NCBI GenBank assembly: GCA_030599585.1
Contig: JAUVNS010000005.1
Span: 192,001 to 256,000, forward strand
Length of the DNA: 64,000 nucleotides
Reading direction: 5' to 3'
DNA from: Promethearchaeota archaeon
GTDB lineage: Archaea; Asgardarchaeota; Lokiarchaeia; Sigyniarchaeales; SOKP01
The translations under genes and the position numbers were made by a program. Shown here one piece after another: positions 1 through 10,101 of the stretch. The notes under the pieces were generated by a model that saw only the letters and a program-made list of their open reading frames with translations, had not been told where the DNA came from and searched no databases. How positions within the stretch are numbered: position 1 is the first letter of the stretch; every line of letters starts with the position of its first letter.

Positions 1-656
1 ACAATTTTATCCGCGTAGGAAGCTAAGGAGCCTCTATGGGTTACGACTATTACAGTAGTTTCCATATCTTTATTGATTTTCTTTAATAGGTCCATAACTT
101 GCTTTTCAGATTCCGGATCGAGGTTTCCCGTAGGTTCGTCCGCTAAAATCACTCTGGGTCGATGGATAATTGCTCTAGCGAGACCACACCTTTGTTTCTC
201 ACCACCAGACATTTGGACTGGGTAATGATCCTTTCTTTCAAGTAAGTTAACATCTCTTAACGCAGCTATAGCCCGGTTTTCAATTTCTTTTTCTCGTAAA
301 ACTGTTGGCCACAAGAGGGCTTCAACGTTTTCAATTGCTGTAAGAGTAGGTATTAAGTTAAAATCTTGAAAAACAAAACCGATTTTTTGTCTTCTTACCC
401 GGCTTAGCCTATCTTCTGTAGCCCTTGCTATATTTTCTCCGTCAAATATTATTTTTCCAGAATCAGGTAAGTCAATTCCGCTTAAAACATTAAGGAGCGT
501 ACTTTTACCGCATCCGGTTGGACCCTGAATTAATACAAATTCACCTACTTTAATAGTAAGGCTCACATCAGCTAAAGCTCTAATTATTGCCCCGGATCTT
601 CTATACTCTTTATTAACATCCATTGCTTCAATCATGGTATCTTTATCTACTGGCAT
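1..656 (-). CDS. ABC transporter ATP-binding protein (LolD/MacB-like), 3' end runs off the window
   Basis: Manual translation from ATG at 656: MPVDKDTMIEAMDV...GPTGCGKST (Walker A)...MSGGEKQR (ABC signature)...ILADEPTGNLD (Walker B)...VVTH; AGGAGG RBS upstream; not in the ORF track because it is truncated by the window edge. Confidence 0.93.
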   Translation of the reverse strand, partial: MPVDKDTMIEAMDVNKEYRRSGAIIRALADVSLTIKVGEFVLIQGPTGCGKSTLLNVLSGIDLPDSGKIIFDGENIARATEDRLSRVRRQKIGFVFQDFNLIPTLTAIENVEALLWPTVLREKEIENRAIAALRDVNLLERKDHYPVQMSGGEKQRCGLARAIIHRPRVILADEPTGNLDPESEKQVMDLLKKINKDMETTVIVVTHRGSLASYADKI

Positions 657-669
657 ATTTTACTCCTCC

Positions 670-1215
670 TCATTCACCTACTTTTTTTAATGCAATAATT
701 GGCCTTACTTTCAAGATTTTCCGATTCGCTAATACAATTGCTACCATTTGAACTAAGATAAATATCAAACTCGTTATAATTACAGGAATTAACCCAATTA
801 GCGTCAATGGGAGAGATACTGGTATAGCAGCGGATTGAAGATAACCTACTACTGCAGTGTAATGAAAGAGGACTTCAAGTACAATTAAAAATCCCATTAA
901 AGTTGTAAATAGGATTTTACCAGTAATTAATGAATTGATATTTTTATTTGTATAGCCAATGCATTTTAATGTAGCCCAGGTTCTCCTATTTCGAGATACG
1001 ATAATCCACGCGTAAAGCAGTGATAAAAATAGACTTGTTCCAAGAAAAATCAAAACAAAGTATCCCGCAATTTCACCAATTTGACCTGTGATAGCCAATT
1101 CCCAAAATAAACTCGTTATGAAAATCAACGAAGTATAAATAAGCGTAAAAACAGAAAACAACTTCTTTTCTCTCAGCGTCATTAGGATTGCCTTCTTAAA
1201 CATACGAAATGCCAT
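670..1215 (-). CDS. FtsX/LolE-type ABC permease domain protein
   Basis: 4 hydrophobic segments with RRTWATLKCIGY and KVRPIIALK motifs typical of FtsX-family permeases; directly upstream of the LolD-like ATPase. Confidence 0.8.
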   Translation of the reverse strand: MAFRMFKKAILMTLREKKLFSVFTLIYTSLIFITSLFWELAITGQIGEIAGYFVLIFLGTSLFLSLLYAWIIVSRNRRTWATLKCIGYTNKNINSLITGKILFTTLMGFLIVLEVLFHYTAVVGYLQSAAIPVSLPLTLIGLIPVIITSLIFILVQMVAIVLANRKILKVRPIIALKKVGE

Positions 1216-1307
1216 AAATTTTTCACCGTTTGCTAAAAATTAATTTTTTATATGAATTGTTTGTATAGTTATATAATAAGATTATTATTTTAATTTTGGG
1301 TATCATA

Positions 1308-1712
1308 ATGTCTGCAGAAATTGAGTCAATTATAGATGATCTTCTCTCTGAAGAACAAAATATTTTTGGAGTAGCAATTATCAACAAAGCTGGCACTCTT
1401 ATCACACAAACTGAAAATTGGAATCTTAGCAACGATTTAGGGGATATTAACAAATTGCTCGGAGCTAAATTAGAATTGGGACAACGAGGTATGACAAACA
1501 TAACGGTTCAAGGAATTAAATATATGATGGTCGAAAATACAGAAGAAAGAAAGATAGGTACAAATATTACAGGAAAAGGGCATTTAATTATAGCGCCAAT
1601 CCCCATAGGTGGTACTGGTGCGTTAATTTGTTACATTAACCCTCAAGCCGGACCCAGAGATGCCTTATTTACCGTTCAATCTTACGCCTTAAAACTACAA
1701 AATATAGTTTAA
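1308..1712 (+). CDS. Profilin (Asgard/Loki-type actin-monomer-binding protein)
   Basis: Strong resemblance to Lokiarchaeal profilins (ITQTENWN, QGIKYMMVENTEERKIGTNITGKGH, PIPIGGTGAL, NPQAGPRD); ATG at 1308 preferred over the upstream TTG. Confidence 0.9.
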   Translation: MSAEIESIIDDLLSEEQNIFGVAIINKAGTLITQTENWNLSNDLGDINKLLGAKLELGQRGMTNITVQGIKYMMVENTEERKIGTNITGKGHLIIAPIPIGGTGALICYINPQAGPRDALFTVQSYALKLQNIV

Positions 1713-1852
1713 TTTTTTTATCCTTTTTTTATCGAATGAATTACCGTATCCTCAAAGTTAACTGTTCAAAAAGCAAAACTTAAATAAATAATTAATAATT
1801 ATTCACAAATACATAATTTACATAAAACATATTTAATAAAAGAGGGATAGAA

Positions 1853-2227
1853 ATGCTGAATCAAATACCTGGTGACTTATTTTCATACCTTATAACATAT
1901 TCATCAAACCTACTAACTATGACTTTCTATATATTCATATTGGTTTTTGCGATCTTGATATTTAAGAGAAATTCGTATAATTATGGAATTACCCTTATAA
2001 TCTCATCAATCCTAATATTGACTTCAAACTTAATTTATATGTCCGTTCAATATCCATATATGGCGTATCGATTGGAAGTAGAATTAGGGTTACCCTGGTC
2101 TATAGTTATATTAACAATTATTACTTGGAATCTCGTTTTTCTTATTTTAAATAGCTTGAGTGCAATATTTTTAGTTGTATCTATATATCTGATATATAAA
2201 ACTCATAGAAAAGATAGGGCTAATTAG
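1853..2227 (+). CDS. Hypothetical membrane protein (3 TM)
   Basis: 124 aa, three hydrophobic helices, purine-rich RBS-like sequence upstream. Confidence 0.7.
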   Translation: MLNQIPGDLFSYLITYSSNLLTMTFYIFILVFAILIFKRNSYNYGITLIISSILILTSNLIYMSVQYPYMAYRLEVELGLPWSIVILTIITWNLVFLILNSLSAIFLVVSIYLIYKTHRKDRAN

Positions 2228-2270
2228 AACTTTAACCACAAATTAAATAAAAAATAAGCGCAAGATTGCA

Positions 2271-2294
2271 GAGATGGCACATCTCATTTTTTTT
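2271..2294 (+). terminator. Hairpin plus T-tract, putative terminator between convergent genes
   Basis: GAGATG-GCA-CATCTC perfect 6-bp stem followed by A and T8. Confidence 0.45.
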
Positions 2295-2315
2295 AATATT
2301 TTATTTTTCATAATT

Positions 2316-3410
2316 CTATAGTTGGTCCCAGTAAGGCTTTAACAAGTTTTTAAGAAAGGTTTTAATTTTATCTAATTCCTCCCTCTTAGAATCGTCCACA
2401 AATGAAATGTTTTTCTCATAGTCAGGAGGTTCGTACTTTTCTTTTAACAAAGCTTTAATTATAGCTTCAACACAATATGGCAATCCAATTATGTCGTAAC
2501 CTCCTTCTAATATGAAAGAAATTCTCCCTTCACACACCCTTTCAGCAATTTTTAAAAATTTATCCGCAAATTGGTTATAAGCTATACTGGTTAACGAGCA
2601 GTTACCAATAGGATCGGTGTAATACATATCAAATCCCGTCGCAACAATAATTAGAGCAGGCTGGAATTCATTGAGTATTGGCTCCAACAAATCTAAACAA
2701 TAGTAAAAATCTTCATTAGTTATTCCTTCTGGTACGGGAAAATTAATATTTTTACCAATTCCTTCATCTTGTCCTAGTTCGTCAAACATTCCAATATCAC
2801 CTTGGGTAAAATCAAATTCGTGTAGAGAAAAATAAAGAACGGAAGGATCGTGGTAGAAATATTGAGCTATTCCATCTCCGAAATGGTCATCTATGTCAAT
2901 TATTGCAATTTTCTCGGTATAACTTAGCTTTTTGCGCAAGTATAGAATTGAATTAGCGATATTATTAAAAATGCAGAGTCCTGATGATTTTTCTCTATAG
3001 GCATGATGTCCTGGAGGTCTAATTAAAGCAAACGATTGAGTATAATGGTTTTTTACTACTCCTTCAATAGCTTCTATAGCACCCCCAACTGCTTTTTTTG
3101 CTAAATCGAATGTATCATCCGTAACAAACACTTCCTCATCGAGTAACCCGCCCCCTATGAGCGATATTTTTTTAATTGTTTCGATATGATATTTCGAATG
3201 AGCTAGTTCTAAAATTGTTTCATCAATTTCTTTTGGTTTTACTTTTACCACTCGATTATCCTTAAAAATTTTATTTCTTTCAAGGTGATTTAAAATAGCG
3301 TTAATTCTAATGGGATGTTCAAACGATATAAAAGAAGGTTTAGGGTATGGAGGGAGGTGTTTAGACCCAAAATCATCGTCAAGAATAATCCCTACTTTTT
3401 TCTCTGACAT
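2316..3410 (-). CDS. Histone deacetylase family (Zn-dependent) protein
   Basis: EHPIRI, RPPGHHA, GLCIFNN, DIDDHFGDG, GFD...DPIG and LEGGY motifs. Confidence 0.93.
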   Translation of the reverse strand: MSEKKVGIILDDDFGSKHLPPYPKPSFISFEHPIRINAILNHLERNKIFKDNRVVKVKPKEIDETILELAHSKYHIETIKKISLIGGGLLDEEVFVTDDTFDLAKKAVGGAIEAIEGVVKNHYTQSFALIRPPGHHAYREKSSGLCIFNNIANSILYLRKKLSYTEKIAIIDIDDHFGDGIAQYFYHDPSVLYFSLHEFDFTQGDIGMFDELGQDEGIGKNINFPVPEGITNEDFYYCLDLLEPILNEFQPALIIVATGFDMYYTDPIGNCSLTSIAYNQFADKFLKIAERVCEGRISFILEGGYDIIGLPYCVEAIIKALLKEKYEPPDYEKNISFVDDSKREELDKIKTFLKNLLKPYWDQL

Positions 3411-3503
3411 TTTATAAAAAATGGAAATGGTAGAATGACTTAAACTCTTATATTAATATTTGCATACTAATATTAAAAATAATTTCTAATTAAAAAAAAA
3501 GGT

Positions 3504-5744
3504 TTGAGAATCGAAATGAACTTTATTGAAATTGTTGCAATGTTTTTACTTAATGCTATTCCTATAATTGTACTCATTATCCCGTATTTTTTCATACGAA
3601 AAAAGCTAGCAGGGAAAATATATTTTAGAATAATACTAGGGATCATGATCTTTTACTTAGTTTACTGGGTCCTTCCAATAATATTTCAGGTAGGAACTAC
3701 TCCATTAGAATTAGAATTGCAGGCTGGGGATGATATTAATCTAGGAATAGGATATATAATCGCTCACGTTGGTTCTTTAATCGCATCGTTTTCTTATTAT
3801 CCTCTCGTAACTCTTCCTTTTATATTTCTTTTAGCGCCCTTTATTTCAATTATCTACGTAAGGAACCGTTTAAGGAAAGAAGTTGGAACGAAAAGTGAAA
3901 AATTGAAAGGCTTAACATATCAAATAATCGATAGTCCCTACAAGAGAATTAGAGCAGATCTGTTTAAAGGTGACTGGTCAAGAGAAAAAGACATCTTAAA
4001 ACTCCTTATCGTTCTTTTGCCCATTTCTTTATATTTATTACAAGTTCTCCTTAAAATTACTGGAGTTCAATCAGCGTCTATAATTGATGATGCCAACGCT
4101 TTAGGTTGGTTTATTGAAATCTTATTTGTGTACCTGGCGACTTTCATTTTCAGTTTAGAAATATTATTGAGTTCCCAAATCGCATTAAGAGGAAAAAACT
4201 TTGGAGAAAACATTAGAGAACAAACTTATAGAAGTTTATACACCGTTGGTGTACCAATATCTATTTTATCCATCATTTTATTCCTCGTAGAAGATTTTGG
4301 TTCAATTGGATTGATCATATATTTCTTTGCGTATTTTTTTATGGCGTCGGTTATTTTTATTCTGTTCCTTAAAATTTTTGAACCAATATCGCTAATAATA
4401 TTCATAAAAATAATCAATTGGTGGAAGAATAAAAAAGAAACCAAGAAAAGTATGCATGTTAGTGATGTTGTTTACGGGATCGCTTTCAGTTGTCTGGCTT
4501 TTTTCATTTTTTTTATAATAAATAATTTTGTATTTGGCTCAGCTTATCGCTTAATGTTTGGCGACCAAGCAAGCATAGATAACATAATTAATTCGGCTAG
4601 TTTTACCGTAAGCGGTTCGGTCTATTTATACGAAAGCTTGGGATTCGATTTGATGAATATTTTTAATTTCGTAGCATTAATTGTCGTTTCGTTAATCATC
4701 GCTGTAATCTTTCTTAATCTTACTCTTAGGTTTACGAAAAGCATGTTTTTAGGGATAGTCACCTTTCTCCCTATTTTAATACTGCTTTCGATATTGTTCG
4801 TGATGTTTGGCGGAAACGGGATGATAAATTTCGCACGAGAGACATATTGGATAACTGGGCAATCAAGCTATACTTCGATTTTTGGTTTTAACTTTTTCAC
4901 ATTGAGAACCGCGGGATTCAGCGCAGATTTAGCTGGACCCTTATATTATCTCGCAATTCCTTACCAAATGACGCAATATATCTTCAATATTATCTTCTGG
5001 AGCTTGTTGATATACTATATAAGGAAAAACTTTAAAGTAAAAAATGTGGTTATTGACGATAGACATTTAGAAAAAGTAATATTCTCGTCTATAACTGAAT
5101 TCCCAAGCTACGAAGATTATTCGAAGGGAAAGATTCAGTATTTGATTGCCAAAGGCGAAGATGTTGATTTGAAAAATCTAGCTCTCGAACGAGACGAAGT
5201 AAAATCTTTATTATCATCTATAGAAACTGAACAAATTTTAGAAGATATTAAACCTACAGACGAAAAAGAAATGCAAAGATTCTACTTTACCCTCAAATAC
5301 TTGTACAATAATAATTATATTGATGTTTTAAAACAAGAATTCAGCTATCTCTTTGAAAAAGCCGAAAAACAAGGACTTTATATAATCTACGACGACGGGA
5401 GAGGAATTTTTGACTATAACTTTGCAGAGGATTACGCTCACGATCCCGGTATCGTTTCGGGTATGTTTTCAGCTATTACCTCTTTCATAAAAGAAACAAC
5501 TAAGTCCCAAGAACTGCTAAAAACCATAGATCACGGTGATATTACCATCTTAATCGAATACGGAAAACGCATCTTTGGAGCGTTATTTATTAAAGGAAAA
5601 CAATCTACTGAAGTTCGCTCATCATTAAAAGAACTCGTAACTAAATTTGAAGCTAAATACGCAGATGTCCTAGCAGATTGGAGCGGAGCGTTAATATATT
5701 TCAAAGAAGACAGTAAATTAGTAGAGAGTATATTTAAAGAATAA
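3504..5744 (+). CDS. Large multi-pass membrane protein with C-terminal longin-like domain
   Basis: About 12-14 TM segments in aa 1-510; C-terminal GLYIIYDDGRGIF...DPGIVSGMFSAITSFIKE...IDHGDITILIEYG...FEAKY...WSG pattern of Asgard longin-like domains. Confidence 0.75.
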   Translation: MRIEMNFIEIVAMFLLNAIPIIVLIIPYFFIRKKLAGKIYFRIILGIMIFYLVYWVLPIIFQVGTTPLELELQAGDDINLGIGYIIAHVGSLIASFSYYPLVTLPFIFLLAPFISIIYVRNRLRKEVGTKSEKLKGLTYQIIDSPYKRIRADLFKGDWSREKDILKLLIVLLPISLYLLQVLLKITGVQSASIIDDANALGWFIEILFVYLATFIFSLEILLSSQIALRGKNFGENIREQTYRSLYTVGVPISILSIILFLVEDFGSIGLIIYFFAYFFMASVIFILFLKIFEPISLIIFIKIINWWKNKKETKKSMHVSDVVYGIAFSCLAFFIFFIINNFVFGSAYRLMFGDQASIDNIINSASFTVSGSVYLYESLGFDLMNIFNFVALIVVSLIIAVIFLNLTLRFTKSMFLGIVTFLPILILLSILFVMFGGNGMINFARETYWITGQSSYTSIFGFNFFTLRTAGFSADLAGPLYYLAIPYQMTQYIFNIIFWSLLIYYIRKNFKVKNVVIDDRHLEKVIFSSITEFPSYEDYSKGKIQYLIAKGEDVDLKNLALERDEVKSLLSSIETEQILEDIKPTDEKEMQRFYFTLKYLYNNNYIDVLKQEFSYLFEKAEKQGLYIIYDDGRGIFDYNFAEDYAHDPGIVSGMFSAITSFIKETTKSQELLKTIDHGDITILIEYGKRIFGALFIKGKQSTEVRSSLKELVTKFEAKYADVLADWSGALIYFKEDSKLVESIFKE

Positions 5745-5771
5745 ACAATTTTTTTTCTTTTTTAAATTAAT

Positions 5772-6389
5772 TCAAGTTCTATCTTTTTCTTTATTGATTG
5801 CGTCTAGTAAACGTGTCACCTCGTGGGAATCTGGATACTTCTCTTGAATTTTTTGGCAACACTCTATCGCCAAATCAAATTTTCCTAATTCTTTATATGT
5901 AATCCCTAAATTGTACCAAGTTTCATATTTATCAGGTTTAATTTCCAGAGCTTTCTTCCAACATTCAATCGCTTGATTAACTTCTCCTTTTCCCTGATAC
6001 GCATTAGCCATATTATTCCAACCCTCGTGATCCTTTGGATTTAATTCTACTACTTTTTTATAGCTCTCAATCGCCTTGTCGTATTCTTTATGTTCTCTGT
6101 AAGCGTTACCCATATTGTACAACACATCAACATCATTGGGTTTAAGTTCCAACGCTTTATTCCAGCACTCAAGTGCGCTCTCAAAATCCCCCCTTCCTAT
6201 GTCGTAAACATTACCCAAGTTGTACCATCCTTCAAAATGCTTAGGATTCAGCTCAACAGTCTTTTGCCAACACTCAATAGCGCCATCGGCATCTGAATCC
6301 TTACCAAAGACTAACCCTTTTTGGTAAAATTCTTCTGCTTCTTTTAATTTCTTTTTCTGCTCGATTTTTTCATCAACCATTCTCATCAA
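5772..6389 (-). CDS. TPR repeat protein
   Basis: About 5 tandem 34-aa repeats (WYNLGN...A.ECW.KALELKP). Confidence 0.92.
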   Translation of the reverse strand: MMRMVDEKIEQKKKLKEAEEFYQKGLVFGKDSDADGAIECWQKTVELNPKHFEGWYNLGNVYDIGRGDFESALECWNKALELKPNDVDVLYNMGNAYREHKEYDKAIESYKKVVELNPKDHEGWNNMANAYQGKGEVNQAIECWKKALEIKPDKYETWYNLGITYKELGKFDLAIECCQKIQEKYPDSHEVTRLLDAINKEKDRT

Positions 6390-6541
6390 CAGATTTATGA
6401 TATTTATTTTTGCTGAATTATTACGATTAGTAAATATATTTAACGCTTAGAGGGTTTATAAATGTTATAAAAACTAAGAATAACTTCATTAAAATTTTAA
6501 ATAAGAAAAAAGATAAAAAAAATTTAATTATTTTTGATCTA

Positions 6542-6865
6542 TCATTCAGGCATTTCAAGTCCTATAAGTGGTAACGCCTCTGCTCCTGACATGTATAATT
6601 CCATTTCAGATCTATAACCCTCAATTTCAGAGAACATGAGTATTTGCTTGTAATAAATGTCCATGAATTCCTTTAATTTCCCTTCTTTTATTTCATGAAT
6701 CGAAAAGGATTTCATTCCATCTTTTGTTGTTCTTACGCCTACGCGTACAATCGCTTTTGATATAGTTTTATCCGGAGGAAATTGTTTCAAGATTTCAAGA
6801 TATATTTTCCCTACTTCAGAAGATTTACCCACTGGAAACCAAGTGGTAGTTACAATCATAACCAT
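6542..6865 (-). CDS. Hypothetical protein (small alpha/beta)
   Basis: Clean ORF; AAAGGTGAGG RBS upstream of ATG at 6865. Confidence 0.7.
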   Translation of the reverse strand: MVMIVTTTWFPVGKSSEVGKIYLEILKQFPPDKTISKAIVRVGVRTTKDGMKSFSIHEIKEGKLKEFMDIYYKQILMFSEIEGYRSEMELYMSGAEALPLIGLEMPE

Positions 6866-6993
6866 AATCCTCACCTTTATGTAATTTTAATTTGATTGAA
6901 AATTAGATTTGTATTGATATTTAAGCTTGAAAATGATTTAAATCTTACTTATTTGTCAAATTATTCAATTCAAAAAAAAAAATTGGATTTATA

Positions 6994-8733
6994 TTATTCA
7001 TTCATTTCATATGCATCCTTTAAGGAGTGAACGGTATTCCACACTTTACCAAAACGCTCAGGATCGACATTAGGTTTCTTAATCATCTCCAAACAAAACT
7101 CCATCTGTACAGTGGTAGTACCCGCTTTCTGATACAGGTTCAATGAGTATTTGGAAAAGTCTCTCACGAGAAAATCAAATATTTGGTCTAAAGTGTCTTC
7201 ATCGATGTCATATATTTTAGCGTTCTCAATTACTAAATGTGCATATACAATAAGAGAAAAGATTTCGCCAATCCCTGAAAGCATGAAGTCCATATCTTTT
7301 AATTGTGCAATACTAGGGGTAGCCTTCGTTCCCATAAGGTTAAACAGCTTTATTTGTTCCGTAAATATTTTGACATTAGGTAAATTATATTGCTCAAACG
7401 CTAGATTCCAGTTGTGAAATCGAATTTTTCCCAACCCACGAGTTGGTCCTTGATTAAAAAGAAATGTATCGTCTTTAGCTTGATCTTGTCTTGGAATTTC
7501 CTCATATTTCTTATGATTCATAAAGAAATTTACCATAAATTTCAAAATTAAGGCGATATTTACATGAACAGTACCTTCGAGTTTCGGTAAAGCACGAATA
7601 TCCCTTGCAGCCATTTCAAAAAACATGTCTTTTTCGAATCCTTTTGCTGCGATCACATCCCATAGAAGATTGATAACTTCTTCTCCTTGAGTAGTTGTTT
7701 TCATTTTCATAACGGGAGCATATAGAAGATATCGACGGTCTTCATCAGACGCTATTCTCATGTAATCAGCCGTTCTTAGCCCAAACAATTTCATAGCGAC
7801 TAACCGAGTGTAAGCATCAACAAAATTTTGTTTAACATGCTGAAAATCAGTCACATACATATTGTAGAGCCTTCGATTAGCTGCATGATGAATCGCTTCA
7901 TAAAATGCGTGTGTACACATTCCAATTGAAGCCCATCCTAAGTTATATTTTCCCACATTGACCGTATTTAGAGACGAGTTCCATGCATCCTCTCCTTTAG
8001 AAAGGATGTCTTCTTCAGTAATAGGATAATCGTGAAGTGCAAAGTTTGAAACGTAATTTTGACTGTCGCATACATTTTTTATTAATTCATAGTTTTTGTG
8101 TTTGTAATTTGCTACAAAGAAAACATATTGTTCCTTATTTTTCATGTCATAGGGGGGGATATTGCCATCCTTATCAGCAAATTTACCGAAATTTGAGACC
8201 ATTTCTGCTTCGTTGCCGTTACCAATATAATACTTTTCTCCATTAGCTCTATATGAACCATCTTCTTGAAGTGTTAATGCCATTTCAGTGCCGTAGATGT
8301 CTGCTCCATGTGCTTGCTCAGATAGTCCGAAAGCAAATATTGCACCTTCTTTAAGCAGTTTCGCTGCGTTCTCCTTTGCTTTTTCATTTTTACTCATCCA
8401 AATAGGTCCGAGACCTAGAATTGAAACTTGCCATGTATACCAATAGCTCAACCCATAAAACCCAAGAATTTCATTAAACTCACATATTCGCCATGTATCC
8501 CATCGATAATTCTCATCTTCTCCGTATTGAGATGGCGTTAATAGACGAGCAAAAATTTTATTTTTCTTTTGAAATTCAAGGAAATCAGAATACCAGACTC
8601 GCGCACGATCATCCTCTTTAATTCTCGCTCTCCCTTTGTTTTCAAAAAACTCTATGGTTTTAAGCATAATGTCTTTTGACTTCGCATCTGGATAATACCT
8701 TTTATGTTGTTTTGGATTTAATAGAATTGTCAT
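6994..8733 (-). CDS. Acyl-CoA dehydrogenase
   Basis: AFGLSEQAHGAD, NGEKYYIGN and PKLEGT motifs. Confidence 0.92.
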   Translation of the reverse strand: MTILLNPKQHKRYYPDAKSKDIMLKTIEFFENKGRARIKEDDRARVWYSDFLEFQKKNKIFARLLTPSQYGEDENYRWDTWRICEFNEILGFYGLSYWYTWQVSILGLGPIWMSKNEKAKENAAKLLKEGAIFAFGLSEQAHGADIYGTEMALTLQEDGSYRANGEKYYIGNGNEAEMVSNFGKFADKDGNIPPYDMKNKEQYVFFVANYKHKNYELIKNVCDSQNYVSNFALHDYPITEEDILSKGEDAWNSSLNTVNVGKYNLGWASIGMCTHAFYEAIHHAANRRLYNMYVTDFQHVKQNFVDAYTRLVAMKLFGLRTADYMRIASDEDRRYLLYAPVMKMKTTTQGEEVINLLWDVIAAKGFEKDMFFEMAARDIRALPKLEGTVHVNIALILKFMVNFFMNHKKYEEIPRQDQAKDDTFLFNQGPTRGLGKIRFHNWNLAFEQYNLPNVKIFTEQIKLFNLMGTKATPSIAQLKDMDFMLSGIGEIFSLIVYAHLVIENAKIYDIDEDTLDQIFDFLVRDFSKYSLNLYQKAGTTTVQMEFCLEMIKKPNVDPERFGKVWNTVHSLKDAYEMNE

Positions 8734-8914
8734 AATTCTTTTTTTCTCTTTTAGTTATAATTAACATTTTAATTATAATATAGAATTATTATTTCAAAAT
8801 TAGCTTTTTTATTATTTTTTTTAACACCTAATCTTACGGTATTACACCTATAAGTTTAAATATAACTTAATACCTTTTCTCTACTTAAATGGCATTGAGT
8901 GTTAGCGGAATAAA

Positions 8915-10039
8915 ATGAGATCAAAACTAAAACTCAAGGGATATCAGTTCACCCTTATAGCTATTATTATACTATTTTCTATCATTATTAACTTTCGAGG
9001 AGAATTTAACTCGGATAAGGGCTCTAATCAATTGGATACTTTCCAGATAAGTGAAATAAATGCAGAAGAATTGAAAACTTCACCAATTTCAGGAAAAATT
9101 AGTGTAAACGGCAATTCAGATTGGATAAATTTAAAAAACGCCGGAAAGTGTACCGGATTAGGTACTTCTTCAAACCCTTATATCGTAAAGGATTTTGTAA
9201 TAGATGGAGGAAATTCAGGCAGTTGTATTGAGATAAGGAATACAGATGTGTATTTTGAAATTAAAAATTGTACCCTCTATAATTCAGGAGGAATTTGGGG
9301 TAATGGCGGAATCAGATTTGGTGAACTTGTTAGTAATGGTTTGGTGATTAACAATACAATATATGATTCTTATAATGGTATATTTATCGAATTTGGTACT
9401 AATCTCAATATATCAAAAAATAACATATTCAACAACTCGGGCGCTGGGATACATTTGTTCAATAGTCTTAATAATGAAATCTCAGAAAACATTATATTAA
9501 CAAATAATCAAGGAATAATCCTATCTAATAGTAGTTCAAATACTATCTCAGGAAACGAAGTAAGCAATAATGTTAATGTAGGAATAACAATAATGGATAA
9601 AAGTAAAGATAACAAGGTTTTAGGAAATGTCTTTAATAAACATGGCGGAGTAGGAATAGACATAATTTTTAGCTCTAGGAATGAAATCCGTTCGAATACA
9701 ATTACAAACAATACGATAGGAATTATATTAGATGAAAATTCTATGTGCAATGAATATTCAAATAATATTTTTGACGGAAATAACGATGATATTCAAGATA
9801 ACCAAGCAGTTTGCATTATTGAGAATCCTTTCATTGTTGAAATCACCATTGCGTTAGGAATCGTTTTTATCAGCATAATAATTGCTACAGGGTTAATACT
9901 AAAAAGAAGAAAGTCAACTATTGAAGTCAAACGGTTTAAAAAGCATAATAAACGAGAAGCTGAGGAGAACCTTTTAGTAGAAAAGAGAAAAAACCCGATC
10001 AAATTAGAGTTCGTTGAAACTGAAGAATCAAAAGAATAA
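8915..10039 (+). CDS. Cell-surface parallel beta-helix (NosD-like) protein, membrane anchored
   Basis: N-terminal signal/TM, G.GT..NPY.. motif, repeated GI.L..S.NN.IS.N units, C-terminal TM followed by a basic tail. Confidence 0.85.
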   Translation: MRSKLKLKGYQFTLIAIIILFSIIINFRGEFNSDKGSNQLDTFQISEINAEELKTSPISGKISVNGNSDWINLKNAGKCTGLGTSSNPYIVKDFVIDGGNSGSCIEIRNTDVYFEIKNCTLYNSGGIWGNGGIRFGELVSNGLVINNTIYDSYNGIFIEFGTNLNISKNNIFNNSGAGIHLFNSLNNEISENIILTNNQGIILSNSSSNTISGNEVSNNVNVGITIMDKSKDNKVLGNVFNKHGGVGIDIIFSSRNEIRSNTITNNTIGIILDENSMCNEYSNNIFDGNNDDIQDNQAVCIIENPFIVEITIALGIVFISIIIATGLILKRRKSTIEVKRFKKHNKREAEENLLVEKRKNPIKLEFVETEESKE

Positions 10040-10101
10040 AATATTAAGAAAAAATTAAAAGAAAAATAGAAAGAAAAAATAAATTTAAGAAATTGATTGG
10101 T

